Notes: generated by a model from the sequence alone, not told the origin. Positions 1-13,280 are shown, counted from the first letter of the stretch. The stretch is DNA of 64,000 nt from Styela clava (GCF_964204865.1 NC_135252.1:15314001-15378000), one strand, 5' to 3'. Made by a program: numbers and translations.

Positions 1-2622
1 TCCTAATTCCAATGTAACTGGAGTAAGATGTTTTGCAGCTGCTTGCATCACAATTTTTCCTACCTAGAACATTGATAATAAATAAAGGTGATAATACCTT
101 CATACAATTAATAGTTGGGATACTATTTCAACAAAACTGGTATGAGATGAGCTCCAAGGCACATACCTTCAACCGAAATAGACAACAGGCTTAAATTAGA
201 ACTACACCACAGACAATATCCCCAATAATGACATACAACCTGTTTAAACTTTTTTATCAAAAAAAAAAAAAAAGATTAGGCTATTTACCATAGGATTGCC
301 AGTGAAAAATATGTAGTCAAACTTCTGCTTCAACAGTTCAGTTGTTTCAGGAACTGCACCATTGTACACAGGAAAGCATTCCTGAAAAATTATGAATAAT
401 ATCATGAATTAGAGCATGTGCTTGTTAGTGTTGCTACAGCATTGATGATATCTTTACCACTGACAAATGACAATGATTATTTTATTTAAGTTCATACCAG
501 ATTAAAGCAGTATTCTCGAAATCAGCCTTGCGATAAAAATTTCGATTTTGAATAATCTAAATGGACTTATTTTGCAAAAAAACATGATGCACGACAAAAA
601 TGATCAAATTTCACCCTAATCAAGATTTCAATGCATATTTAATAAATATGCTATACAAAAGCTGTAGGACCGCTAATCTGAATACTAAGAAATATCCCAA
701 ATCACCCGTTAGGCAGTGTTGGTTACAGATATTAGTGCAATAAATATTTCGCAAGCTTTGATTGCAGAACCACAAGTCATAGAAAATTTTAAAAGCAAGT
801 CCAAGAAATGCAAGATCATTTTTTGATATACCGGTACCACAAAAGGCATTCTAAACACCCGATAACAAAAAAACAACCAATATCTAAGAGCACTTGGCTG
901 AAATTGATACAAATATAAATTCTTAATGCAAAACTTACCTTATCCAAATATTTTGGAATCAGTTCTGTCATAACTTTAGCAGTATGTTCTGCCACCTCCG
1001 ACGTCTTTAAAACAGCACAATTGCCTGCAATTAGAATAGTTTATGAACTTGGATAATGTAATATACTGTTTCACTCTGTAATAAAATCATGGTACACAGG
1101 TTGCCACAAAGGTTAGATTAACCATTAAAAAAAACGTCCTTCTTTAAATTAGGCAATTACCTTTAAATTTGAAAAAAAAAATCTTGAAATGGGCACTTTG
1201 CAGGTAGACACGAAATATAGAAAGCGAAGAATACAAATGCATTCAGTTCTATATATGTATGTTAAAAATTATAGAGAATAAATATCAAAGCAATAAAAAA
1301 TGGCAAAAATATATTAGACACATAATACTAGGGTGACAGGATGAACCACATGAAAAATTTCGTCCAGATCTGACCAGCTGTTTGGACGCTACAGCTGAAC
1401 AGACATACAAATCGACTGAGGATAAGGGTCTCCTGGATCTAATACATCTCATCCATTTTTATCTGAACTATTTAAAAAACACACTTGTGCTTCATTCATC
1501 ATGCAAATAGTCTTATCTAAATACCTGCTGCAATTGCTCCAACTAATGGTGCAACCAGAAGTAATGTAGGATAATTCCAAGCTCCTATAATAAGAACGAC
1601 GCCATAAGGTTCAGGCTTGACATAAATACCATCCATAGTTTGTACCAATGTTTTTGATGGCTGTAATGTAAGCAATCTTATTATACCAATTAGAAAATAC
1701 AGTTAAATATATATGGATCAAAGTCTAGCCATGACCTGTATATCACATTATATGACGAAAACTAAATTGAGAACTATTATAATTTATAACAATTGACTTA
1801 CGTAAGTTGGCTTCACCCAATTTTTCAAATGGTTGATTGCGTGTGCCGTTTCACATCGTGCTATACTGATTTCAGTAATAACAGTTTCAAATGCTGTCTG
1901 TGAAAAGATAAATCACACGATATTAGATAGAAAGCGTTTGTGATTAACGGATACAGAAATACATTTTCGTTAGTGTTGCATGAAGACTCATAAATCAAAT
2001 ATAAAATCATCTTTATTCTTGCTGAAGCATCCTCGCATTATGCACATACAGATCCCACGGTACAAATGCAATTAGGAAGGATAGGTAATTTGTCTCACAT
2101 AACACAACAGATAGTTATAAAAAAAGCATTCGATTTTTCACAACTGCGGAAGGAAACGTGGGTGGAATGCTGCTGAATTAAGAAAATAAAATCCTAACAA
2201 GAGAAAGGGACCTTTCGGAGATCTTTTTCTTCAGCTTCAATTATAGCAGGTTCATTCTCAGTAAGCATCTTATGAAGTTGTTTTAATTGATTCAGTCTCC
2301 ATGATACATCTTTAGTCTTTCCAGTTTGAAAAGCATCTCTACAAAATCACATAACAACAGTATGTATTAAAAACACAAAATACATACCACAAACTTGATC
2401 GTAAAAAATGATATCAAATATAAGAGTGATTACCGTATGTGTTATGCTGTTTAACCAGGAAAGTTTATTTATATTTCAACTCAAAATCAAAATAAATTAG
2501 AGAATGCCAATTAATACTTCAGTTCATTATTATAAATGTAAGAGATGCCAATGTGGTCAGCAAAAACATATGGTTGGCCTCAATTACCTTGTACGAGCGA
2601 CTAGTTGTTCTGCTTCACTCAT
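1..2622 (-). CDS. ALDH3: Aldehyde dehydrogenase family 3 (ALDH3A/3B-like), 5' part; continues beyond the left edge
   Basis: Phase-consistent exons 2622-2588, 2338-2212, 1897-1802, 1660-1525, 1024-939, 381-289, 63-1. Translation: [30 protein letters not shown]...[16 protein letters not shown]...[15 protein letters not shown]...[32 protein letters not shown]. These are class-3 ALDH motifs, including the catalytic LELG. Confidence 0.95.
1152..1328 (+). repeat. Dispersed repeat, diverged copy of 4013-4190
   Basis: Shares colinear blocks ggcaatt, gaaat(g/a)ggcactttgca, cacgaaatata, agttctat and gcaaaa(a)tatatt with 4013-4190. Confidence 0.6.
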
Positions 2623-3599
2623 TTTTTTCAGACAGATCTGTATTATACTGTAATACTAAAAATACAGTCTATAGCACTGAATAAATATAAATCAAATCAC
2701 AGTAAACAATAAGTACAAAAAATATATGGGTATATTGCATTAGTAAATTAGACAGTTTTTTAAATATTCATAAAACGATACTTACTACAGAAAGCCATTG
2801 CATTGGGTTTTAATTTTAAGATATTCAAACATTTTCAGTTTCATCCAATACAGTTAAAAATGGCTGCATAAAAATTCTAGGCATCATATTTATAAAAAAG
2901 GATAAAAAATAAAGTTTTCCAGTGTACAGTACTAAAAATGAGTTATTATTCATTGTCTCAATATCTAAATTCTTAATAATACAGTACTAAAATATTAGGC
3001 CTAATAAGCTAAAGAAGATAACACGTCTCTCCATCCAACACCTATCACAACACTGGCTACATCCCGAGTGTTAACCTATAATATACCGTTAACAATAGTT
3101 ACGTAGATTCCATTAGTCAAATAAATCATAGACATTCAAATTTGCTTTATCAAACACTTTGTCATGAAGCACAATGAAAAGTTGTGCAATTTTACAATAA
3201 AGTATAAAACCTAAAATTTGATAAATCACATTCTTGAAATCTATCCGTATTCTATTGAAAACGCACAATGCCATTACCCACTTATTGCTGCAACCTTATT
3301 ACAGCCTTTATGCTTAATAACGACAACACCTTGTGACAACATACATATTATGCACATAGATAAGTACTAAGTACACAAAACTGTCATTGAAGAGAACGAG
3401 AAATAAGCTATCCAAAATTGTCAATTATTACCAAACATAGTTTATACCATTGCTTTATCTTGTGAAGAAGATATAACACTCAACAAAAATTTTTGATATT
3501 TTGTTCATTAGTTACTGTACGCATTACAGGAATGCAACATAATCATTATACAGAGAAGTATTTTACCCACTAACATGCTTCGAATATTAAGTCAATAGG

Positions 3600-3885
3600 T
3601 AAAACTATACTATATAATAAGCCAACGGTGAAAGGCCCAATGTATTTAAACCTTATAACCATGATTCCATTTATTCTGGAATACTTGTGTCATCCTGACT
3701 CAGCATCTTTAGGAAAGTTGCTTACCTTTGACGAATGAACTTCAATGGGGGAAGCTATACCATATAATAAGCCATTGCTGAAAGGTCAAATGTACTTACT
3801 CCCAATATCCAATTGCTTCATTTATTCCCAGAATACTTATGTCAGCATGACTCAGCATATTTCAGGAAATTTGCTTACCTTTATT
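3600..3885 (-). promoter_or_regulatory. Tandem ~150-bp duplication; each unit carries an ARE/MARE (TGACTCAGCA), a TATA-like motif and a minus-strand AG|GTAAG donor; putative ALDH3 promoter/first exons
   Basis: TGACTCAGCA at 3696-3705 and ATGACTCAGCA at 3847-3857. cttacct (AGGTAAG on minus) at ~3721 and ~3874. tatataataa and catataataa at ~3611 and ~3761. Confidence 0.5.
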
Positions 3886-4012
3886 AATAGAAGAATTGCT
3901 ACCACTAGTATCTCTTCATGTAACTTTCCATTTGGTACAGATGACAGGACAGCAGCATTCCTTCTTACTAATTTTTTTTCTAAGGAGAAAAAGCACCACA
4001 TTCTTTGAGTTT

Positions 4013-4190
4013 GGCAATTTTCCTTGAATTTTGACAATATTTTCTGAAATAGGCACTTTGCAAAAACGCACGAAATATAAAATTTGAAACATATTAATTC
4101 ATGAAGTTCTATCTATGCATATAAAAAATAACAAAAATTGCATATTGAAGAAATAAAATAATAGCAAAATATATTGAATGCAATATCACA
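4013..4190 (+). repeat. Dispersed repeat, diverged copy of 1152-1328
   Basis: Direct sequence similarity to the ALDH3 intron segment 1152-1328. Confidence 0.6.
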
Positions 4191-5431
4191 TAAAAAGAAA
4201 TTTTATTATTGATAGCAGCAGAACCATGATTTCTCTTTAATGGTTGAAGACTTTAAAATTCTTCTTCTTCACTTCATTACGGCATCCTCAGTCTAGGAGT
4301 TGATTAACTTCAAATGTTAGTGTCCATAATTTACTCATCTTCATACAAGCTTCTTAGGGCAAACATCTTTATACCTGTGGTAGTGTTTGCTTATGAATAG
4401 CAATTTACAAATTGCTCAATAGTTTGTGTGTGTTTTCATATGTCATGCAACAATATCTGTATCAATCATAGCAAATAAGCCGTGGACTTGCATTCCATAA
4501 ATTACCACCACAGGTATTTGAAGCAAGATATTCAGAGCCCAAAGAATGATTGCAAGTCACAAAATTCCGCATCCAATCTTCTCCTGAAATATGTTCAAGA
4601 TTACTTCGTCATTATTTCAGATGTCGATAGATTCGATTCCACCTCAAAGAACTAGGTATTCTCAATGATACAATATTCTAAATACAACTCTAAAAATGAA
4701 TTGCGAATGCATTACAATTGTCCATTCATTTATCACAAGCAATAATATACCACCACCAATCACCTCTATAAACATGTTATCAAAAATAATTGTAAATGCA
4801 TTTCAACAAATGAAGCACAATAAATTTTGAAAACCAGAAATAAGATCGGTCTAAATCTTGAAATGGAATAACATAAATGTAGTATAAAATATGTGTCAAA
4901 CTAATTCATCATCAAATTTTTGGAAACAAGAATTTTGTACAATTTCTCCATTTAAAGACAACTAGACATTGGCCCAAAACTTAATTCAAATTCAGAAAAG
5001 TTTTCAAAACAGTTCCTAAAATCTGTCATTTATGTGGTGAAAAATTCCATAATTTAGCAAAAAAAAATAGGAATGCGACAGTTTTGCTGTTTACAAAATC
5101 AATTTAGAATACGGACAGCAGAGAAATACAAAAAAAACCATACACAAATGTCTACACATTGCCTATATACCAAGTAATCAAGATTGTAGATAGCCAGATG
5201 AGAAAAAATGATTATTATTGCTTTTCTAATTTAAAAGACAAGACTATTGACAGCCATCTTTTTGTAATGGATTATTTGGTATAACCCACCTTGAATCGAT
5301 ATAAAATTCTGAAACTCACACACGCACAGCAGTGGTTAGACCAACTCGAATAACAAATGTTACAAAAAGGATGGCGCATAGATGCCTCCCTCGAATGAAG
5401 AAACCATAGTATCACATGATTGTTCTTGGAT

Positions 5432-6049
5432 TCAATTGTTTATTTCGGCCATGTAGCTGTCCAACTCAGCATTCATTGCACCTTTTGTTTTAGTCATATA
5501 ACTGTCAAGTTGTTCATCAAGTTTGTCTTTGTCTGCAGGTTCTCGTCGATTAGCTCCACCTCTTCCTTGACGACCTCCCCGACCTCTGCCACGACTTATG
5601 CCACGCCCTCTACCTCTCATACCCGTTCCACGCCCTCTACCAGTTCTCGTAGGACGAATAAATCCACGTCTTCCTGGATTGCGGCCTCTATTTAACGAAT
5701 TGCCGCGAGGACTGGGAAACCCTCCACGACCACGACCACCTCGAACGAACTGTCCACGGCTTTGAAACCTTCCGCCTCTTATTCCCCGTCTTCCTCGTGC
5801 TGGAGGACTTCCTAATCTGTCACGAATCGACACCGGCTTATTATCAAGCGCAGCAGCAACTGCTGGCCGTCTTTCCATTTGTTGTGCGAGTCGACGATTC
5901 TTTTCACTTGCCATTCTCTCATTGGACATTTGAGCTCGCACAGTTTGGGAAGTTGTTCGTTGTGTTTTCATGATCGTAGAAAAACGGTCATTAAGACTGA
6001 CCTTGGTTGAGCTTTTGAGAACGATTTTGGCAGGTGGGTTGGACGCCAT
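5432..6049 (-). CDS. CHTOP: Chromatin target of PRMT1 (CHTOP/FOP), single coding exon
   Basis: N-terminus KIVLKSSTKVSLNDRF, central RGG-rich region, and C-terminal duplicated LDEQLDSYM...NAELDSYM (FoP duplication) motifs. Confidence 0.95.
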   Translation of the reverse strand: MASNPPAKIVLKSSTKVSLNDRFSTIMKTQRTTSQTVRAQMSNERMASEKNRRLAQQMERRPAVAAALDNKPVSIRDRLGSPPARGRRGIRGGRFQSRGQFVRGGRGRGGFPSPRGNSLNRGRNPGRRGFIRPTRTGRGRGTGMRGRGRGISRGRGRGGRQGRGGANRREPADKDKLDEQLDSYMTKTKGAMNAELDSYMAEINN

Positions 6050-6804
6050 TCTACTTCTGGAGTATACGCCAAAAATAACTGGATAATAAGTAACAAAACT
6101 CTAATCGTCACTAAACTATCTCATTCCAAGCGGGTCAATAATTCAACTTTAAATCTTACAGTACACACAATTCTGCAAAATATTGAGAAAATAAATCTTG
6201 TCCAAGTAAATACACAATAATATCTGGCAATGAATAAAATTAGTATAATAATTAGGCTATATATATATATAAACAAATCTTCTGCAAAAAATAGAGCGAA
6301 ATTTTTTCATTTTTTGCCGCTATTCTAAGCAAGGCTCCATTTTTTCGATTATTTTGATTAGGCCAGATTCGTTTCCCAGAACAATTTTGCAATATTGGTA
6401 TCAGTAATTATAAGTCCGTAAGTGGCTGAAATTATTTGAGATTTAATGAGATTCCCAATGATTCCATGATTATAATGCAAACTTAGCAAAGAAAACAATG
6501 TGGTAATTTTATGAATAAATCAATGACATCTGCAAACATGATGTCATCACTGCTGACTTTTCTAATTCATTAATCAATGTATGCCAAAATCACTCTCATT
6601 TGATTATACTTGCACTTGCTCTCGGAGAGCCCGTAAAAGTGACAGACATCAAACATGGTAATCTCAGCCGACATATTCAGAATAAGTAGACGATGAAACC
6701 TCACAACGAAATCTCATTAATGCACAATTTTCGCGTTTTTCATCTCTACTATAAAAGTAACATCTGAACATATAATAATCATTGGTGCCAACTTACTGGC
6801 AATA

Positions 6805-7617
6805 GGGTGGCGTAGCCAGTCTGCGGTCGATTTCATTCAAACCGCTATGAAACAAAAACCAATATTTCTAACCTGGTAATTTTTTCACAGTAGGTGCATG
6901 GGCATTTCTTCTACACGCTAAACCTCGAATTAACTTTCTACGACCAAAGTACGACACTCTGAAGACCTATTTGCGACCGAACGACCAGTTTGCGACCACA
7001 AATTTCAAGCCTTGAACATCATTTCTGCTGCGTCGAGACTAGGGCATACGCAGCCATGCGTGAAAAAAATTAGCTTCTAATTGCATTTCTGACCGTCATA
7101 TATTTTAAGAACAAGGTTATTTCGAACAAAACTCGTCAAATTATAAATAAAGCACCGCATTACAGCAATCAAACAAACAAAAACACGGTGGTCGCGAATT
7201 GGTCGACAATGCTATTATCGACGTATTGGAAATGCGCACCCTCCTATTCCCCCTCCTTTGAATGTGGAAACGTAAAACTTTAAAGATGGTTGAAAGAAAC
7301 AGAACTCTACCCACCTGCCAAGTTTCATCTTTTTATCTCTTATATTTGTATGGATTTTCAAGCTTTTTCAAAGGGACAATGGGTAGTTGGCGACATGGAA
7401 AAAGGGTCCGTTTTTTTTCCTCGGTCGGGTTTTCGGTAGTAACTTTTTTGTTTGTGGCCGCATTTTAGTGTAATTTCGCAGAGCTACGAGGGATACGGTA
7501 AGTGGACGATAACGCGTGAGAAATATCGTCTCGGTTCGTTAATTTTTTCGACATTAATTTAATCGATGAAGTTGATGGTCGCAAATAGGTCTTGGCCGCA
7601 AAGTGGGTAAGCCACCC
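6805..7617. mobile_element. Degenerate TIR element (MITE-like)
   Basis: Left GGGTGGCGTAGCCAGTCTGCGGTC vs reverse complement of right end GGGTGGCTTACCCACTTTGCGGCC. Internal perfect 17-bp inverted pair AAGACCTATTTGCGACC (~6962) / GGTCGCAAATAGGTCTT (~7577). No clear TSD. Confidence 0.5.
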
Positions 7618-7980
7618 TCTATTCCAATTACCATACTCCATTTTACATAGACAATTTTTAGCGGCCTACGATTTCTCTCGAAAAAATGATGTGAACCAAA
7701 AGCAAGGCATTAAATGTTATAACATTATTTGTGATAAATTTCGATCAAATATTATTAGTTTACTATTAAAATGTATAATGCGAGTCCTAATTTAGCATAT
7801 CAGTATCTCTCTATCTAGGGATCACATGAATTTCGAACAATTCTAGAATTTTATTGTCCTGCTGTCCTGAGGAATGCCTGTTAGGTATCAAATAAAAACC
7901 AATGCTCAGGTAATTTCCAATAAATACCAAGACAGTAATATGTTTGAAATTTTGCTTAAATTTCAATCCAGCAATGTCTG

Positions 7981-9476
7981 GGGTCTAGTATAGTTTGGTA
8001 CCACAAGTACTTCCAGTGGGCGTAGCATAACGAATTTTGCATATGTTATTCCTAACCCCCACCTGACTATGCCATCCAAAAATTACGTCACCACGACCCA
8101 GACTGGATTCCATGGCAGGTGCACGCCCGAGGGCGCTAGCGCTCCGCAAAAATGCACGCGAGCGAAAACAATTTTGCACGCCGAAAATTTGCAATTGCTC
8201 ACCAATGTAAATCGGTTTAAATGGTTTTAAAGTCAATAATCCAGTAATATAAAGATGCCAAAATATTATAACTCCACAATTGTCGACAAATACCAGCTTG
8301 CAAGATTTGGTCTGATCGAAATATTGCGAAGCAAAAAGACCATGGACCTTTCCCCAACCTTTGAACCGCGAAAAATTCCTCTCACGTCCTTTTTTGCATC
8401 TTGCTGATTGGCCAATGTCACGAAGTAAACAAGGAAGTCGATGCTCGGGGAAAGGTCCATATCGTGTTGAATGATAGGAAATATGAATCCCGTGAGAATA
8501 GTTATGGACGAAAAGATCGCCTCCGCACCAATGGCCAAGTACGGCTCTGATTCAGCGTATTTTTCATACAATAATTTTACACGAATGTACTGAACAGTAC
8601 CGGTATTTAAAGTTGCTCAAACACTCCCAAAATTAGTGACAAAGTATGAAAATAATGTTTGGGGTCAAAGGTCAAACGTCCATTTTGCTCTAATTTGACG
8701 TATTTTTTATCCATTAATTCTACGTAAATACACTACCAAAATTAATGACAAAGTATGTCCATTTTGCTCTGGTTCAACGTATTTTTTATCCAATAATTTT
8801 ACACGGATGTACTGAACAGTACCGGTATCCAAAGTCGCACAAACACTCTCAAAATTAGCGACAAACTGTAGAAATAATGTTTGGGGTCAAAGGTCAAACG
8901 TCCATTTTTTCTGTGATTCAACGTATTTTTTATCCGATACCGGTAATTTTACGCGGATGTATTGAGAGGTATCTGATGTCAAAGTCAGTTGCACGCGAGT
9001 GCAGTTGTTTTGCACGTCGTGAGCTATAATTGCACGCCAGGAATTCTTATTTGCACGCGGGAATTTCTGATTGCACGCCCGATTTCTCGTTCAAAAAGGC
9101 CATGAAATCCAGACTGGACCACGACGTCATCATCACGTCATACTCATAGGGCTTGTCAAAGTATAATTACGATCGCCCAAAATGGCATCTGCGCCGCTGA
9201 TAACGAACTCGCTAACGCCGGCGATCTCTCTGGTATCGGGATCGTTGTGACGAAAAAACGAGAGAAATAGCTTGCTCGATTTCGGATGATCGTCTGCGCG
9301 TTTTGGACTACCTTCCGCATACTTTGGTGGGCCTTATTACGCCACTGTGACGTCGAAATGACGTAATTTTTCGGTGACGTAGCCAGGTAGGGGTTACTGG
9401 GTTAGGATTGACATATGCAAAAATAGTTGAGCCAGGCCAACTAGAAGTGCATGTGGTACTAAACTATACCAGACCC
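7981..9476. mobile_element. Non-autonomous DNA transposon with ~110-bp TIRs and 8-bp TSD (GG termini, Merlin-like), host of a nested insertion
   Basis: Starts GGGTCTAGTATAGTTTGGTACCAC and ends GTGGTACTAAACTATACCAGACCC. TSD AATGTCTG at 7973-7980 and 9477-9484. Confidence 0.85.
8098..9117. mobile_element. Nested non-autonomous DNA transposon (hAT-like, 8-bp TSD)
   Basis: TIR CCAGACTGGATTCCATGGC / GCCATGAAATCCAGACTGG. TSD ACCACGAC at 8090-8097 and 9118-9125. Subterminal TGCACGC repeats; internal direct repeats at ~8575-8960. Confidence 0.8.
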
Positions 9477-10389
9477 AATGTCTGAATGTGGTGGCACGAT
9501 CTTCACATTTGAATAACAATAAAAACAGAAAAATAGAACTGTAGAATGGGATTCAGCATTCTCAATTCAAGTATTCTAGAATAGAAAATTATTCTACATC
9601 CCTACACTCACTCAATCCAACACTTGCCACCTACCTATCCATGTAATCTCAACAAAATTTCCTTCAAATGGCTCCAGGCTGGTCCACCCGTCTGAGATTG
9701 AACCATAGACAGATAGAAGTAGACTATTTAAATTTTATATTTGCCAATGGCCGAATACTACCGGTACTGTACTAGGTGTGGTATAATAAAAAATTATCTT
9801 AGTTTACTCATATCTTCACATTTCATATTTTTGTTTTAACTATACTGGCATCGCCCCCGAGGTAAATAATCCTAAAAATGGTGTGAGTACTGTTGAACAT
9901 TTTAAGCATCAGAGCTTTCGAATTTCAAAGTGACTACGGTACCGGTATTTGTCGAATTTGCAGCACGAGCGCTAGCATTGCGGATATCCCCAACCCTTGA
10001 CCCTATAATATTTTCCAATATTGAAATATTTAGAGAGAGATTTTTTTTTCCGACCAAAACCAAAATAGAATAGCAGTCATCTTATAATAAAAATAATAAC
10101 AAGTGATAAATTAGTTTGGTATAGACAGGAGGGAGTGATACGACCAAAAGGCCATCAAAGTCAACCCCCCCCCCCTCCAAGTCAAGCTATTGTTTAAGGT
10201 TTACAATTTCAGATGACTAAATATTAAGGTAGAACATTCTATAGTTTAAATTATATTCACAAAATGGAAGAATAAAATAGGTGAGGAGTATGCTAGAGCG
10301 AATCATTCATATTTGTGTTTGTGGAGAGGGGTTTCAAAATTTAAGACATTCCAAAGGGTCTCCACATTCAAACAGGGATTTCACAGATA

Positions 10390-11099
10390 CCATGTTTCAC
10401 CAAAAATAAGACCTAGCGCGAATTTTGAAGATGATTTTAGTACAAGCCATCCCTATAAAATAAGACCTAGTCAACAACGTAAATTTTTTTTTGACATTGT
10501 CGATAGCTAGCAAGAAATCTCTCCTACACGTTTTAATTGATAATCTATGTTTTGCAGTTATTTTGAACAAAAACGTGTTATTGGACACGTTTAGTGGCCA
10601 TAACGATCGTTTCAAAATTTTGTTGTCATTGTTATTTTCTTTCGTCATTATCATTAAAAATCGCTTTTCTCTTCTCCTAGTCAACAACGTGAATTTTTTT
10701 TGACATTGTCGATAGCTAGCAAGAAATCTCTCCTACAAGTTTTAATTGATAATCTATGTTTTGCAGTTATTTTGAACAAAAACGTGTTATTGCACACGTT
10801 TAGTGGCCATAACGATCGTTTCAAAATTTTGTTGTTTTTGTTATTTTCTTTCGTCATTATCATTAAAAAAGCGCTTTTCTCTTCGAATACTGGGCCAATT
10901 GCTTAGAAATTTTCAGTGGTTAAAGATAAAATTTCTCTCCAGAAGGCTATTACTTTTTTTTCGCTATGACGTCATCAAAATTATTGCCATTGGGTGGCGT
11001 GTCCATATATTTGAGCATAGCCCTCTTGTTTATAAGTAAATAGATAGCCTGTGAGTTTTCATATTTTAAAATCTCAGTCTTATTTTTGGGGAAACATGG
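10390..11099. mobile_element. Tc1/mariner-superfamily (Tc2/pogo-like) MITE with an internal 210-bp tandem duplication
   Basis: TA|CCATGTTTCACCAAAAATAAGAC ... GTCTTATTTTTGGGGAAACATGG|TA. Near-identical units start at 10471 and 10681. Confidence 0.85.
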
Positions 11100-11661
11100 T
11101 AGTTACACTTAACGAATTCAAATAATTTATACCGCATATGTGATTACTTAAAATATACGGATGCCATCTATCGGATGTTTCCCCGAGCATCGTTTTCCTA
11201 GTTTATTTCCATAATAATGACCAATCAGCAATAAGTCAAGCATCGCTGTGAACATTATTTCGTTTTTGCGATTTTTCTCGTTACTTTTCATTTTTCAGTC
11301 GTTTTTTCACAAATTAGTTATACATCAAATAATTTAATTGTCATTATGTCTTCCGAGGAGCTTTAGTTTAGTTGCAATGATCGAAAAGTAGTCCCAAAAA
11401 CGCTAAGATGGACTAGGCTAAAATTAGCTATCAATACCTGTAAGCGGCACGTGGTTGAATATTTTTAATAAATATGGAGATTTCAAACACTTAAATCAGT
11501 TTGTAAGTGCCAATTCAACACTCACAAAAAACGCTCTCAAAATAAGCATAAAAGGGTCGGGACTCGGGGTGGTTCAAATCATGGCACGCGAGCCAAAATT
11601 TAAATCTTTTCCTAATCCCGGTGTCGGGAATGATATTTGGTAAAATAACGGAAGGTTGTAT

Positions 11662-13280
11662 CCAGGGGCGGAGCCAGGATTTTCAAAAGGAGAGGGGGGG
11701 TCAAAATCGGAAATTTCCAGTGCCGTCTGTAACAGTCATCACGATCACGCGCTCGTTAATAGAGCCGCCTTTTCAGCGTATAATGAATTTTCTGTTGCGT
11801 AAAAGATTCAATTCATGACCACTACGAGATTCTATATATATATATATTAATTTAAATGTGTCCAACGTAAGTAACGGTTGCGACTTCTTCCGTCAAAAAA
11901 AAAACATCACTATTATATATTAATTTAATTGTGTTCAACGTAACTCGCGGTTGCGACTTCTAACGTCAAAATAAAAACATTTCTGCAGTTAAATACCACG
12001 GCGATAAGCTGCCTGGTGTATTTAATTTTGATACGTATTTTTGCAATCTTGCGAACCCGTTATCGTCGCTAGTAAAATCTCGATATCTAATATAAAATCC
12101 CGTTTAGTACAATTTTACTTCATACAATGAAAATATATATAAAGTATACCAGTAAATCAAAACTACAAATTCACCACCGCGAAATCCACGCCGAACAGTC
12201 GCCGCGATTCCGCCACTTGTTAAAAGAGCCGACTTTTCCAACAAAAATGATTTTTCTCGGTGCAAAGTAATCAATCCATGCTACCGATACGATAATATTT
12301 AAAACGTTCTGCTTTATTAATTTAATTGTTTCCAATTTAACTTGCGGTTGCGTCGACATAACAACTCTAAAACACCACGGCAATCCGCGGAAACAAAAAT
12401 GTGTGGTAAGCTGCCCGATTGATTATTGTTTTGATACGTATTTTTTCTATTTTGCGAATTCGACAAATTTGAGATGTACTGACTCCGTCAAATTGCAATG
12501 CTGCCACTCCGATTATTTTTAAAAATAAAATCTTTCGAAAATCCGTAAATTTGATGTAAAATTTCACGGAGTGAAATGTATTTCAGTAAAATAAAAATTG
12601 ATCGATATGTTTTAGATTGATTATATTATACATCATCACAAACCGGGAAAAATCGTGTTTCCAACCTTGTTCAATGATAAAACGAAAATTTTCTACGAGA
12701 ATGTTAAATTAATGGATAAAAAGGCAAATTCCTCCCACAATTAACCGTGTTTCTATTTTAGTAGCGGCATGTTTCTAAACGGCGACCAAACATAATGTGT
12801 GACTACGGCACACGAAATTTTGCGATTTTCAATGCCTAGAAAAGCGTTTTTAGACTGTCGCGGAACTTAACAAAACTTATATTGTTCAATTGTTTACGGT
12901 TTTATTTTCAGTATTTTATATTGCCGCTTTTCAATCAAAAAATTTAGATCGTGGATTTACTCCTTCATTTGTCTTTAGAACCTCGCCGCCGATAAACGTC
13001 TAAAAACTCTCACCGAATTCACCATTTTGTGCGAGTACAAAAATAAAATAAGTTATCATGTTTATCGTGACACAAATTTGTGATTTAGAAAGAATAAACA
13101 CCAATGTAGAGACGATTACGGCCTAAATAACACGCTGATGAAAACAATCGGCGTTCTTAGCAGAAGACAATTGCACGCGTTATTGCCGGCTTTTTCAGTT
13201 TTCACAATTCCGTGCGAGTACAAAAATAAAACAACTGTCATTGTTACCGTGGCACAAATTTTGGGAAATTTGTGATTCCA
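11662..13280. repeat. Complex repeat/non-autonomous element with internal sub-repeats
   Basis: Begins with the transposon-like terminus CAGGGGCGGAGCCAGGATTTT. Recurrent units ttaatttaa..gt..caac..cggttgcg at ~11845, ~11920 and ~12315, and gtgcgagtacaaaaataaaa at ~13029 and ~13212. No matching right TIR found. Confidence 0.45.

Noticed and set aside
5420-5695. Ser/Thr-rich plus-strand ORF
   Set aside because: Antisense shadow of the CHTOP RGG region.
8570-8960. CRISPR-like or regulatory repeat array
   Set aside because: Eukaryotic context; these are long imperfect direct repeats inside a transposon, with no repeat-spacer periodicity.
10313-11039. Cluster of overlapping ORFs on both strands
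   Set aside because: All lie within a Tc1/mariner-type MITE with an internal tandem duplication, and none shows a protein motif.
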